64,000 nucleotides of DNA from Candidatus Micrarchaeota archaeon (GTDB lineage: Archaea > Micrarchaeota > Micrarchaeia > Micrarchaeales > CABMGC01): assembly GCA_028866995.1 (NCBI GenBank), contig JAGWHD010000001.1:183218-247217 (forward strand), given 5' to 3'. Numbering within the stretch: the first letter of the stretch is position 1; each line of letters opens with the position of its first letter. The notes beneath the pieces were generated by a model. The model saw nothing but the letters and a program-made list of their open reading frames with translations. It did no database searches and was not told the origin of the DNA. Of this stretch, positions 52,878-60,960 are shown in pieces. The translations under genes and the position numbers were made by a program.

Positions 52878-54638
52878 GTGGACCCGCTGCTGCTCCTACT
52901 GCCGTTCCTCGCGGCGATGGCGTACATAGCCATATCGAGGAATGGGAAGTACGCGAAGTACGTGGCCATTGCGGGCTCCCTTGCCAGCCTCGCGATGCTG
53001 CCGCTGGTGTCGAGCGGCGCCTATGACATAAAGTGGTTCAGCGTAGGGGGCTATGCGTTCAGCATATCGGTCGTCGTTGCGCAGCTGAACTACATGCTCC
53101 TTGCGGTCATACTCGCGATAACCCCGTTGATACTGCTGTTCTCCTCTGGCTTCATGGACATAATGACTGAGCAGAGGCGCTTCTACGTGGAGATGCTCGC
53201 CTTCAGCATGGCGATGATCACCTTCTCGGTCAGCGGCAGCCTCCTGACGATGTTCATAGCGTGGGAGTTCCTGAGCGTCACCAGCTACCTCCTCATAGGC
53301 TTCTGGCAGTCGAAGGAGAGGGCTAACAGGGCTGCCAGGAAGGCGATAACTGTGGTGCTGATGGGAGACCTTGCGCTCATAGGCGCGATGGCGATATTCT
53401 GGAACGCGGCAGGTTCGCTCCAGTTCTCGGCGATAACCGCAGCAGCGCATTCAGGGAACGCCCTCGTGTATGCGGGCACGCTGGTGCTGATGGTGGCCGT
53501 GCTTACAAAGTCGGCCCAGTTCCCGTTCTACGACTGGCTGCCTGACGCCATGGAAGGCCCTACTCCCGTATCGGCTTACCTTCATTCGACCACGATGGTC
53601 AAGGCAGGGGTTTTTGCCGTGGCGATACTGCTTCCTCTGTTCACCTCTACTGGCGCTGGCACCATACTGCTCGTTCTGGCAGCCATTACTGTTGCGATAT
53701 CGACGTATTATGCGATGACGGAGACGCAGGTCAAGCGCATAATAGCGTACTCCACGGTCCAGGAGCTGTCCCTGATGATAATAGCCCTATGCGCCAACGC
53801 GGTCCTAGCTGGAATCTACTTCTTCTTCGCCCAGAGCTTCTACAAGGCGCTCCTATTCTTCGCTGCGGGATCAGCGATGAAGGCGACTGGCAAGGAGCAC
53901 ATAAATGAGATATCGGGGATGAGATACAGCAAGATCGTATACATAACTACAGCGGTAGGTGTTGCCTCGCTCGCAGGCTTCTTCCCGTTCAGCGGCTTCT
54001 TCGCAGGCGCGGGGATCGCTTCTTCGCTCAGGGCAAACCTTCCAGTCTACATATTCATATCGCTGGTGTCGATAGCGACGAGCTTCTATATATTCAGGTG
54101 GCTGTTCAGCATCTCCAAGCCCGCAAGGAACAGGTCATTGGGCATAGCATATGCTGCGCTGCCGAGGCAGATGAAATGGAGCATGGCTGTGCTCGCCGCG
54201 ATGGCGCTTGGCTCGTCGGTCTTCTTCTTCTACGCCGACGGCTTCTTCAAGGGCACTGCTTATTACGGTAACGGCATGGGGATAGGCTTGCTCGATGGCA
54301 TGCTCATGGTCGTGCTGGCAGCGGCAGGGCTCGGCGCAAGCTACTATCTCAACGTGATGAAGGCAGGAAAGGCAGCTGCGCAGGAGGCATCCGTAAGGAA
54401 AGGGACCGTCGCAGACTCCTTCTACGTGAAGTTCTCCAACTTCGCCTACCATCTCTCCGAGGGAGCGGGGCTTTTCGACACGCACATCAGCGATCTTTTC
54501 GACCATCTGGGCAAGATCGCTGTGGACCTCGGGATCGGCTTCAGGAGGTTCTCGGTCGGTGAGATAAACGCTTACGCGCTCATATTCGTGGCAGGGCTGC
54601 TGCTGCTGTTCGCGTACGCATACGTGGTGCTTAGATGA
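52878..54638 (+). CDS. nuoL: complex I antiporter-like subunit L
   Basis: WEFLSVTSYLLIGFW, YDWLPDAMEGPTPVSAYLHSTTMVKAGVF, and a long C-terminal extension with an amphipathic segment. GTG start. Confidence 0.9.
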   Translation: MDPLLLLLPFLAAMAYIAISRNGKYAKYVAIAGSLASLAMLPLVSSGAYDIKWFSVGGYAFSISVVVAQLNYMLLAVILAITPLILLFSSGFMDIMTEQRRFYVEMLAFSMAMITFSVSGSLLTMFIAWEFLSVTSYLLIGFWQSKERANRAARKAITVVLMGDLALIGAMAIFWNAAGSLQFSAITAAAHSGNALVYAGTLVLMVAVLTKSAQFPFYDWLPDAMEGPTPVSAYLHSTTMVKAGVFAVAILLPLFTSTGAGTILLVLAAITVAISTYYAMTETQVKRIIAYSTVQELSLMIIALCANAVLAGIYFFFAQSFYKALLFFAAGSAMKATGKEHINEISGMRYSKIVYITTAVGVASLAGFFPFSGFFAGAGIASSLRANLPVYIFISLVSIATSFYIFRWLFSISKPARNRSLGIAYAALPRQMKWSMAVLAAMALGSSVFFFYADGFFKGTAYYGNGMGIGLLDGMLMVVLAAAGLGASYYLNVMKAGKAAAQEASVRKGTVADSFYVKFSNFAYHLSEGAGLFDTHISDLFDHLGKIAVDLGIGFRRFSVGEINAYALIFVAGLLLLFAYAYVVLR

Positions 54639-56005
54639 TATTCGGCATTGTCCACATACAGATGGCGCTGATCGCGCTGCTGGTGATAGGGAACATCGCG
54701 ATAAGGATAAGGAACCTCAAAAGCCTGCATCTCGCATTCAACGTGGTGCTGCTCGCAGTGATAGCGCTCCTGTTCCTTGCGATGGGCCTGCTTCCGGTTT
54801 CCGGCACCTATCTCAACGTGATCTCGGCAAACCAGTTCTCATCGTTCATGGGGTTCCTCTTCGCAATAGGCATGCTCCTCTTCAACCTGGTAGCGTACGG
54901 CCATTCGGAGAACTATGGCGACATATCGATGCTGGCCGGATTCTCGTTCGCTGGAATGTACCTCATAGCCACATCGGTCTCGCTTGTCACGATATTCATA
55001 GGGATGGAGCTGTCTGCCATACCTTCGGTCTTCATGATACTGCTTTCCAAGAGGAGCATAGAGGCCGCTGCGAAGTTCTTCATAATGGCGTCGATATCCA
55101 TAGCGATACTCTCTTTTGCCATCGTCATGCTCTACGGGACATCTAACACGCTTGCCCTCCAGGAGTACACGCATTGGAACCTATTGGCGTTCGTCGCCTT
55201 CCTGTTCATCGCGGGCCTTAGCTTCGACGCGTCCATATTCCCCTTCAATGCGCTGATCCCGGACGTATTCCAAGGTGCGGGAGCATACATAGCGGGCATG
55301 CTGGGAGGGGTCAGCAAGAAGGCGGGATTCGCTGCATTCATCCAGGTGATGATACTCGTATTCATAGCCTACAAGCCTGCATTCGCGGTGATTGCGGTCC
55401 TGTCGCTGCTCACGATGCTCTACGGTAACGTTGTCGCGCTGCTGCAGAACAACATCAAGAGGCTTATGGCCTACTCCTCGATATCGCAGGCAGGGTACAT
55501 ACTGATAGGGATAGCGACCGCATCCGTCTCCGGGATAGGCGCCAGCCTTTTCCAGATATTCGCGCACCTCTTCCTTTTCATGGGGGCCATGGCCCTGGTC
55601 TCTTGGCTGGAGTCCAGGAACAGGACGCAGATTGACGACATGATAGGTCTCAACAGCGAGAACAGGCTTGCCGCGTTCGCCATGAGCGTCTTCCTGCTGT
55701 CGATGGTAGGGCTTCCTTTCACGACGGGATTCGTGGGCAAGTTTCTGTTGTTTGTCGGCGCGATAAATTCGGGGCTGCTGTGGCTGGCGATTGCAGGCAT
55801 AATCAACAGCGCGATCAGCCTCTTCTATTATGCCAAGATAATAATGGCGATGTACGCTGACAAGGCGCACGCAAAGCACCTCCCTATAGACGCCACGACA
55901 TTGGCCGCAGTGGCGATATGCCTTGCGGTCACGATCATCTTTGGACTATACCCTGGGCCGATAATATCGCTGGCGAACGGCGCTGCGCTGTACCTTCTCC
56001 ATTGA
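54635..56005 (+). CDS. nuoN: complex I antiporter-like subunit N
   Basis: FIGMELSAIPSVFMIL (NuoN-type GxEL.S.P.Y.L), IPDVFQGAGAYIAGMLGGVSKKAGF, MAYSSISQAGY. Overlaps nuoL by 4 nt. Confidence 0.85.
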   Translation: MIFGIVHIQMALIALLVIGNIAIRIRNLKSLHLAFNVVLLAVIALLFLAMGLLPVSGTYLNVISANQFSSFMGFLFAIGMLLFNLVAYGHSENYGDISMLAGFSFAGMYLIATSVSLVTIFIGMELSAIPSVFMILLSKRSIEAAAKFFIMASISIAILSFAIVMLYGTSNTLALQEYTHWNLLAFVAFLFIAGLSFDASIFPFNALIPDVFQGAGAYIAGMLGGVSKKAGFAAFIQVMILVFIAYKPAFAVIAVLSLLTMLYGNVVALLQNNIKRLMAYSSISQAGYILIGIATASVSGIGASLFQIFAHLFLFMGAMALVSWLESRNRTQIDDMIGLNSENRLAAFAMSVFLLSMVGLPFTTGFVGKFLLFVGAINSGLLWLAIAGIINSAISLFYYAKIIMAMYADKAHAKHLPIDATTLAAVAICLAVTIIFGLYPGPIISLANGAALYLLH

Positions 56006-56042
56006 CATGCGGCAGGATTCGCAAGAAGGTTTGTCTTGTAGA

Positions 56043-56561
56043 TTAGACCCTTCTTCCCCTTCTTCCGCCGGGCCTCTTCGTGGTGTCCGTAGGTATAGGG
56101 GTCACGTCCTCGATTGATCCTATCCTGAAGCCTGACCTTGCAAGAGCCCTGACTACTGCCTGCGCTCCCGGCCCAGGGATCTTCGAGCTGTGCCCTCCTG
56201 GGGCCCTTATCTTTATGTTAATGTGGGTTATCTGCTTCTCGATCGCTGTGGCAGCGACCTTGTAAGCTGCGTGCATCGCTGCGTAAGGAGATCCCTCCTC
56301 GTGGTCCGCATCGACCACCATCCCTCCGCTTCCTGTTGCTATTGTCTCAGACCCTGAAAGGTCCGTGAGGGTTATTATCGTGTTGTTCTTCGAAGAATAG
56401 ATATGCGCAACTCCCCATCTTGTCGCCTTGGGTTTTGCTTTCTGGAGTGCCTCCTGGACTGCCCCTTCGTATGATATCGCTCCCTTCTTCTTTGCTTCCT
56501 GCTGCTGTTCAGGCTTCTTTGCCTTCGTATCTACTTTCTTCTTCTTGTCAGGCATGATCAT
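56043..56561 (-). CDS. rps11: 30S ribosomal protein S11 (uS11) with Lys-rich N-terminal extension
   Basis: [56 protein letters not shown]. About 45 extra N-terminal residues ([23 protein letters not shown]). Confidence 0.95.
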   Translation of the reverse strand: MIMPDKKKKVDTKAKKPEQQQEAKKKGAISYEGAVQEALQKAKPKATRWGVAHIYSSKNNTIITLTDLSGSETIATGSGGMVVDADHEEGSPYAAMHAAYKVAATAIEKQITHINIKIRAPGGHSSKIPGPGAQAVVRALARSGFRIGSIEDVTPIPTDTTKRPGGRRGRRV

Positions 56562-57118
56562 TCACCTTTTGGCTCAGCGGCCGCTGCGGCTTCGACCGCA
56601 GGCGCTGTAGTTGGGGCCATCTCCCCAGGAGCCGCATTGAAGTCGAGGTTTATCGGCTTGTAATATCCTATGTGGCCCTCCTGGTCTATGCTTACCATGA
56701 ATCCCGGCGACTTGACCTTCTGGCCGTTGACCGATATGAACCCGTGGGTTATCAGCTGCCTCGCCTGCTTGGGCGTCCTTGCAAGTCCTTTCTTGAACAC
56801 CAATGACTGGAGCCTTCTGTCGAGCAAAGCCTCTGGAGTTATGTTGAGCATGTCGTCTATCGTTGCGTCCTTGCTGATAACGTTGTACCTTGCGAGCCTG
56901 TCCCTTATGCTGAATCCTACCTTCTCCGTAGACCTTCCTGAAAGGACCTCTCGCACATTCCTCCTTATCCTGCTTACCTCAGTAGAAACCTTCCACAGCT
57001 CCCTCAGGTTCTTGAGCCCGTACCTGTCCCTCAGGCCGTGGTCGTGGTCGATCCTCTCCTTGTTCCACATCAGCTTGGGCCTTTCGAACTTCTTCCTTAT
57101 CTTCTTCGGGTCTCCCAT
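56558..57118 (-). CDS. rps4: 30S ribosomal protein S4 (uS4)
   Basis: [48 protein letters not shown] (S4 domain). Ala-rich C-terminal tail. Internal ATG 57118. Confidence 0.95.
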   Translation of the reverse strand: MGDPKKIRKKFERPKLMWNKERIDHDHGLRDRYGLKNLRELWKVSTEVSRIRRNVREVLSGRSTEKVGFSIRDRLARYNVISKDATIDDMLNITPEALLDRRLQSLVFKKGLARTPKQARQLITHGFISVNGQKVKSPGFMVSIDQEGHIGYYKPINLDFNAAPGEMAPTTAPAVEAAAAAEPKGE

Positions 57119-57122
57119 GGCA

Positions 57123-57725
57123 TCACTTCTTCTCCTCTGCCGGGGCTGCGGCAGGCGCTGCAGCAGCGCCTCCTCCGGCAGACTTCTTCTCAGATGTGGT
57201 GGCTGCCTTTGCCGCTGCTTCAACGGTCTTCTTCATGACTCCGATGGTTGCACCGGTTCTGCCTGTGCTCCTTGTCCTCTGTCCCCTTGCCTTCTGGCCG
57301 TACCTGTGCCTGGAGCCCCTCCATGTGAGCGTCTTTATGTCGTTCTCTATGTCGTTCCTTACCTTGACTATCAGGTCGGTGCCTACCAGGTGCATGTCTG
57401 CCCCTGTGTCTCTCTCCTTGTTCCTGTTGAACATGAAACTTGGTATCGCTGCCGCCTTCGGGTCCCTTATCACCGACTCTATCTTCGCAAGCTGCTCCTC
57501 GCTCAGCGCCCCTATCTTCATGTCCTGGGTTATGCCGTGCGTCCTCGCTATCGAGAGCGCCAGCGCGTTTGCGAGGTTCTTGCCTATGCCCTTGATCTGG
57601 TTCAGCGCCTTAGGTATCCTGAAGGATCCGTTGATGTCCTTGCCCGACATCCTGACTATGCTCTCCTCTCTGCGAGGCTCCTTCTGCTGCTTCTCCTCCT
57701 TTTGTTCCTTCTCCTTGTCAGCCAA
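57123..57725 (-). CDS. rps13: 30S ribosomal protein S13 (uS13) with N- and C-terminal low-complexity extensions
   Basis: LNQIKGIGKNLANAL, WRGSRHRYGQKARGQRTRSTGR. Extensions MADKEKEQKEEKQQKEPRREE... and ...AAKAATTSEKKSAGGGAAAAPAAAPAEEKK. Confidence 0.95.
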   Translation of the reverse strand: MADKEKEQKEEKQQKEPRREESIVRMSGKDINGSFRIPKALNQIKGIGKNLANALALSIARTHGITQDMKIGALSEEQLAKIESVIRDPKAAAIPSFMFNRNKERDTGADMHLVGTDLIVKVRNDIENDIKTLTWRGSRHRYGQKARGQRTRSTGRTGATIGVMKKTVEAAAKAATTSEKKSAGGGAAAAPAAAPAEEKK

Positions 57726-57758
57726 TAAACCACTGGATGTAATGCTCTAAGATTTACA

Positions 57759-57797
57759 AAAAGCTATTAACAATGGCAAAATAGCTTAAAATAGCTT
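57759..57797. repeat. short A/T-AGCT(T) repeats incl. tandem AAAATAGCTT x2
   Basis: AAAAGCTATT at 57759, then AAAATAGCTTAAAATAGCTT at 57778-57797, followed by TCTATAGCC, TTTTAAGCTTT and TATAAGCTC further on. Located in the divergent intergenic region upstream of rps13. Confidence 0.5.
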
Positions 57798-57933
57798 TCT
57801 ATAGCCCAAAAAGGGCTGTGATAATTGGCTTTTGAATTGAAAGGTATTTTAAGCTTTCCAGGGCTCCTCGCTGCACAGATGGCTGCGTAATGCTTATAAG
57901 CTCTTTTTCCTACTCTTGCCTTGTGAATTGATG

Positions 57934-58257
57934 GCCAAGTTCAACCCCCTGGAACCGTTCAGATCCGAAAAACTGTTCAGGGAGCTTCTTAGAAGTATAG
58001 AAAATTTCGACTTCAAGCTTTATGGGAAGAGGAGGATGAAGTTCTACAGGGGTTACAAGAGCAAGTACGAGTTCGACCTCAATCTTGGGGTCATGCACTT
58101 CACCGCTGTTGACTTTGAGGGCATTGATGAGATATTCAAGAGGACAAATGCGAAGTGGGGCACGGAGATAACCTTCTGCATATATCCGGCAAAGGAGAGG
58201 AACAGGAACATGATAATGAATGTGAGGTCTCCCAAGGCGCCGTTCGAGATAGGCTGA
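57934..58257 (+). CDS. hypothetical protein (107 aa)
   Basis: MAKFNPLEPFRSEKLFRELLRSIENFDFKLYGKRRMKFYRGYKSKYEF... No motif recognised. The track starts at TTG 57916. Confidence 0.55.
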   Translation, partial: AKFNPLEPFRSEKLFRELLRSIENFDFKLYGKRRMKFYRGYKSKYEFDLNLGVMHFTAVDFEGIDEIFKRTNAKWGTEITFCIYPAKERNRNMIMNVRSPKAPFEIG

Positions 58258-58291
58258 CTAAAGGCACAGCACAGTGAAAATCATAATAGAA

Positions 58292-58418
58292 CGCCAAGGT
58301 TGGGATTTTCCAGACCCCTTTCTAGAGGGCCTATTTGAACCCAAAAGACTCTTGCGAGTCATGCGCTTCCAGGTAATCGTTTCCAGGCGCACGCGTTACC
58401 GGATTCTGCCACCTTGGC
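58292..58418 (-). tRNA. tRNA-Ser (anticodon GGA) with two introns
   Basis: Hand fold of the reverse strand. Acceptor GCCAAGG/CCUUGGC plus discriminator G. Anticodon stem UGCGC/GCGCA encloses 20 nt, i.e. loop CUGGAAA plus a 13-nt intron at 37/38 (58368-58380). Long variable arm GACUC-GCAA-GAGUC. T stem UUGGG/CCCAA with loop UUCAAAU interrupted by a 28-nt hairpin-forming insert (about 58305-58332). Mature length 86 nt. The D stem has one A-C mismatch. Confidence 0.75.
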
Positions 58419-58447
58419 ATTTGATGGATAGATAGGTGTGGATGATT

Positions 58448-59923
58448 TTAAGCCTTCCTCTTTTCGACCTTCTTCTGCTCGGGCCTTACTGAAGGGAAGA
58501 GCAGAACCTCCTTTATCGAGACATTGTCGGTGAGCAGCATCACCAGCCTGTCTATGCCCATGCCGAAACCGGCTGTTGGAGGCATTCCGTATTCGATGGC
58601 CTCGAGGAAGTCCTCGTCCACAGGGGGCATCTCCTCGTCCCCTCTCTTCTTCTCCATTGCCTGCGCCTCGAACTTCCTCCTCTGCTCTATTGGGTCAGTG
58701 AGCTCCGAGTATACATTGACAAGCTCCTTGCCGCAGGCGAACAGCTCGAACCTCTCGCTGAGCCTCTTGTCCTTCCTGTTGTCCTTTGTGAGCGGGCACA
58801 TGTAAGCAGGATAGTCGACTGCGAATGTCGGGTCCTTTATGTTGGGCAGAACGTACTTGTCGAACAGCGCATCTGCGACATGGTAGTTGTTCTTCACCTT
58901 GACCTTCAGCCCCTCCTTCTCGGCAATCTTCGCCGCTTCCTTGTCGTCCATCTCCCTTATGTCTATCCCAGAGAGCTTCTTTATCTCCTCGGTGTAGTAG
59001 ATCCTCTTGAACGGGGCCTTGAACAATATCCTCTCCCCTTGGTACGTGACATCAAATGAGCCGAACAGGCTCTTGACCAGGCCGCTGAGCATCTCCTCGG
59101 TCATGTCCATGAAGGTGTTGTAGTCGCCGTACGCCTGGTAGAACTCGAGCATCGTGAATTCCGGGTTATGGGTTGAGTCTATGTCCTCGTTCCTGAAGTC
59201 CTTGCAGAATTCGTAGACACGCTCCATGCCCCCTATTATCAGCCTCTTCAGGTACAGCTCGTCCGCTATCCTGAGGTAGAGGTCCGTATCAAGCGCATTG
59301 TGGTGCGTGATGAACGGCTTCGCGTTGGCTCCCCCGTACACTGACTGCAGTATCGGAGTCTCGACTTCGAGGTAGCCCTTTGCGTCAAGGAAGTCCCTTA
59401 TGTACTTTATGACTTTTGCCCTTGTCCTGAAGACCTTCCTCACATCCGGATTCATCATCAGGTCTAGGTACCTCTTCCTGTACCTCACCTCTGTGTCTGA
59501 AAGTCCGTGGAACTTCTCGGGCAGGAAGAGCAATGACTTTGCAAGCATCGTTATCTCCTTCGCTTCTATGCTCTTCTCGCCCCTGTCGCTCTTGATGACC
59601 TTGCCCTTTATGCCCAGTATGTCGCCTATGTCAGTGAGCTTGAGTATGTCGATTGCCCTGTCGGATGCGGTTCCGCTCCTTGCGAGTACCTGTATCTTGC
59701 CTGAGCCGTCAAGTATGTCGAAGAAGAAGAGCTTCCCCATGCCCCTGAAGCGCATCACCCTGCCTGCGATGCTCGCCTCCTTTCCCTCGAGCTTCTCGAA
59801 ATTGTCTGCTATCTCAGACGCGTGGTGCGACTGCCCGTAGGAGTACGGGTAAGGGTCCGAGCCCATCTCCTTGAGCTTCCTCATCTTCTCGAGCTTTGTC
59901 TCGTCGGCCATTGAAAGCACCAT
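58448..59923 (-). CDS. lysS: lysyl-tRNA synthetase, class II type
   Basis: OB anticodon-binding domain (IAGRVMRFRGMGKLFFFDILD), motif 2 region FRNEDIDSTHNPEFTMLEFYQAY, motif 3 GMGIDRLVMLLT. Alternative start MADE at 59911. Confidence 0.93.
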   Translation of the reverse strand: MVLSMADETKLEKMRKLKEMGSDPYPYSYGQSHHASEIADNFEKLEGKEASIAGRVMRFRGMGKLFFFDILDGSGKIQVLARSGTASDRAIDILKLTDIGDILGIKGKVIKSDRGEKSIEAKEITMLAKSLLFLPEKFHGLSDTEVRYRKRYLDLMMNPDVRKVFRTRAKVIKYIRDFLDAKGYLEVETPILQSVYGGANAKPFITHHNALDTDLYLRIADELYLKRLIIGGMERVYEFCKDFRNEDIDSTHNPEFTMLEFYQAYGDYNTFMDMTEEMLSGLVKSLFGSFDVTYQGERILFKAPFKRIYYTEEIKKLSGIDIREMDDKEAAKIAEKEGLKVKVKNNYHVADALFDKYVLPNIKDPTFAVDYPAYMCPLTKDNRKDKRLSERFELFACGKELVNVYSELTDPIEQRRKFEAQAMEKKRGDEEMPPVDEDFLEAIEYGMPPTAGFGMGIDRLVMLLTDNVSIKEVLLFPSVRPEQKKVEKRKA

Positions 59924-59924
59924 G

Positions 59925-59999
59925 CGGGCCCGGAGGGATTTGAACCCTCGACTTGGAGGTTAAAAGCCTCTCACTCTAGCCAAACTGAGTTACGGACCC
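59925..59999 (-). tRNA. tRNA-Lys (anticodon UUU)
   Basis: Hand fold. Acceptor GGGUCCG/CGGGCCC, D stem ACUC/GAGU, anticodon stem AGAGG/CCUCC (one A-C mismatch) with loop CUUUUAA, T arm GAGGG-UUCAAAU-CCCUC, discriminator G. No CCA. Confidence 0.92.
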
Positions 60000-60073
60000 A
60001 CTGCGATCTTGGTGATTAAAGGTATACGCACACAATTTAATTAATGGCACCTATATTTGTATGCTGATTGTTC

Positions 60074-60955
60074 ATGCCGACAAAGGAGCTCGCACTGAAG
60101 GGAAGGCTGGTATCGTTCGTGACCGATGATGGGGTAAGGCTCAACGGCTTCGTGCACGGCGGAAGAAAGGGCGGAGACTGCGTGATAAACGTCCACGGCA
60201 TGACCGGCAACTTCTACGGGATAAGGCAGATGCTGCTCGCCGAGATGCTCGCCAGGAAGGGCATAGCGTTCTTCTCTATCAATACAAGGGGGCACGATGC
60301 CGTCTCCAGCTACAGGACAGAGGGTGGAAGGGTAAAGGGGAAAAGAGTAAAGGCAGGCACCAACTTCGAGAGGTTCGAGGAGTGCGTGCCGGACATAAAG
60401 GCCGCGATAGGCGCCGCAAGGAGGATGGGGTTCAGGGGCATAACTCTGTGCGGGCACAGCACAGGCTGCCAGAAGGTGATATACTATCAGTACAGGAGCG
60501 GGGACAAGCGTGTGAAGTCATTGATACTGCTCGGCCCTGCCGACGACTACAACATCGCGAAGGCTGATCTTGGTAAGGATTTCGCAAGAATAGCAAAGCT
60601 GGCTGAGGGATTGGTTGCAAGAGGCAAAGGGGACGAGACCCACGAGCTCATACCCTCAGGCTTCTCCGCCCAGCGCTTCGACTCCACTGTCAATCTCGAC
60701 AGGATAGAGGCGAGGATCCTGAACTACGACGGCGAGCTGAAGGAATTCTCGAGGATAAGGATACCGATACTGGCTATGTTCGGGACAAGGGAGGAGTTCG
60801 CGGTCAAGCGCGTAGGCACATGCCTCAGGATACTGGAAGGCAGGACAAGGTCAAGCAACTACAGATGGCACGTAGTCAAGGGAGCGGACCATTCGTTCAA
60901 GGGGCACGAGAGGGAGCTGGCAGGCCGCATGGTAGACTGGGTAAGGTCGCTGTGA
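60074..60955 (+). CDS. alpha/beta-fold hydrolase
   Basis: NVHGMTGNF, nucleophile elbow LCGHSTGC (GxSxG), C-terminal GADHSF. ATG 60074; the track starts at TTG 60068. Confidence 0.75.
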   Translation: MPTKELALKGRLVSFVTDDGVRLNGFVHGGRKGGDCVINVHGMTGNFYGIRQMLLAEMLARKGIAFFSINTRGHDAVSSYRTEGGRVKGKRVKAGTNFERFEECVPDIKAAIGAARRMGFRGITLCGHSTGCQKVIYYQYRSGDKRVKSLILLGPADDYNIAKADLGKDFARIAKLAEGLVARGKGDETHELIPSGFSAQRFDSTVNLDRIEARILNYDGELKEFSRIRIPILAMFGTREEFAVKRVGTCLRILEGRTRSSNYRWHVVKGADHSFKGHERELAGRMVDWVRSL

Positions 60956-60960
60956 GCCCA

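Noticed and set aside
57726-57933. Replication origin in the AT-rich repeat-containing spacer
   Set aside because: No ORB-like dyad elements are present and no orc1/cdc6 gene is nearby. The repeats are short. A promoter/operator function is more parsimonious.
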